Of a stretch of DNA of 25,306 nt, positions 24,400-25,306 are shown piece by piece. This stretch comes from an uncultured Bifidobacterium sp. (GTDB lineage: Bacteria > Verrucomicrobiota > Verrucomicrobiia > Limisphaerales > JADJPG01). Within the stretch, counting starts at the first letter, position 1; every line of letters starts with the position of its first letter. The position numbers and the translations under genes were made by a program. The notes beneath the pieces are model-generated. The model saw nothing but the letters and a program-made list of their open reading frames with translations, made no database searches and was not told the origin of the DNA. The stretch is from contig CAZZAQ010000002.1 of assembly GCA_964652165.1 (NCBI GenBank), positions 1-25,306 on the forward strand, given 5' to 3'.

Positions 24400-24525
24400 T
24401 TAACAGCCCACTCAAAAATCTGCTCGCACTGTAGCGGCGGTCTGTGACCGCCGAGAAACCCCAAGGATTTTTGTCGGCCTACGGCGCTCACAGAGCGCTG
24501 CTACAGTTTTTGAACGGGCTGTTAA
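24400..24525. mobile_element. MITE-like element (126 bp) with terminal inverted repeats enclosing a REP doublet
   Basis: TTAACAGCCCACTCAAAAA (24400-24418) vs TTTTTGAACGGGCTGTTAA (24507-24525), 17/19 match; internal ACTGTAGCGGCGGTCTGTGACCGCCG ... CGGCGCTCACAGAGCGCTGCTACAGT. Confidence 0.6.
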
Positions 24526-24539
24526 GCCCGCTCTTTCCG

Positions 24540-25304
24540 TCACTCCGCGCCGCCGTCCCGTTGCCCGAGGCGCTTCTCGAGTTCGCTCACGCGTTTGAGC
24601 AGTTCGGGCAGGCGCTGAAGGGCGAGGTGAATGCGTTTCATCTGGCGGTCCGGCTGGGCCGGAGTGCCGAACCATTTCTGGCCGTCGGGGATGTCGTGCA
24701 TCACGCCCGATTGCGCGGCGATCGTCACCTCGCTCCCGATTTTCAAATGGCCCGCGAGACCGACCTGGCCGGCCAGCGTGGTGTAGCGGCCGATTTTTGT
24801 GCTCCCGGAAATCCCGGTCTGACCGCACAGAATGCAGTGTTCACCGACCACGACATTGTGACCGACCTGCACAAGGTTATCGACCTTGGTGCCGCGGCCG
24901 ATGACCGTCGGGCCGAGCGCGCCGCGGTCGATGCACGAGTTGGCGCCGATTTCGACATCGTCCTCAAGAATCACGTGGCCGATCTGCGGGACTTTCAGAT
25001 GCCGGCCCTGGTCGAATACGTATCCGAAGCCGTCCGCGCCGACGACCACGCCGGAATGAATGCGGACCCGCGCGCCGACCTGCGTGCGAGCGGCGAGCGT
25101 CACATTCGGGAACAGTCGAACGTCTTCGGCCAACTCGCAATCAGGCCCCACATAACCGCCGGCTTCGAGCACGCAACGGGGGCCGATCTTCGCGCGCTCG
25201 TCGATCACGCACAACGGGCCGACGTGCGCGGTCGGATCCACCTGGGCGGACCCCGCAATGACGGCGGAGGGATGGACACCAGGAACGAATTTGCGTTCCG
25301 GGAA
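24540..25304 (-). CDS. lpxD: UDP-3-O-(3-hydroxyacyl)glucosamine N-acyltransferase, 5'-truncated by the window edge
   Basis: Frame is open to the edge ([16 protein letters not shown]...); hexapeptide repeats; [39 protein letters not shown] motifs. Confidence 0.95.
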   Translation of the reverse strand, partial: FPERKFVPGVHPSAVIAGSAQVDPTAHVGPLCVIDERAKIGPRCVLEAGGYVGPDCELAEDVRLFPNVTLAARTQVGARVRIHSGVVVGADGFGYVFDQGRHLKVPQIGHVILEDDVEIGANSCIDRGALGPTVIGRGTKVDNLVQVGHNVVVGEHCILCGQTGISGSTKIGRYTTLAGQVGLAGHLKIGSEVTIAAQSGVMHDIPDGQKWFGTPAQPDRQMKRIHLALQRLPELLKRVSELEKRLGQRDGGAE

Positions 25305-25306
25305 AA

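Overview
GC-rich bacterial chromosomal window, probably Verrucomicrobiota or another PVC lineage (inferred from the H-X9-DG-type prepilin-like protein, DUF1501, DUF1549/DUF1553 cytochrome c fusion and PQQ-like propeller). Core genes are prfB (with its +1 programmed frameshift), trpC, a LOG-family protein, HupE/UreJ, DUF58, an ABC-F ATPase and a partial lpxD. Three accessory insertions interrupt this backbone. (1) A vapBC-like toxin-antitoxin pair lies antisense between the DUF1549/1553 and DUF1501 genes. (2) A lower-GC ~2.2 kb block (15543-17709) has three same-orientation copies of a ~60-90 nt palindromic element (invariant core GGGCGGAGGACACTACAGCCGA) that delimit two gene cassettes: a hypothetical protein plus a HEPN protein, and a 2-TM membrane protein. 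This integron-like but non-canonical array is the most interesting feature. (3) A stand-alone STAND/ORC-CDC6-like ATPase lies between inverted REP copies and is followed by a duplicated endonuclease-I-like remnant and a REP mosaic. The window is very rich in REP-type palindromes, and two of them sit in frame inside protein-coding genes in the same phase. Three 7-8 nt microsatellite hairpins and several leaderless-type promoters are also visible. No tRNA, rRNA, CRISPR array, integrase or transposase was found.
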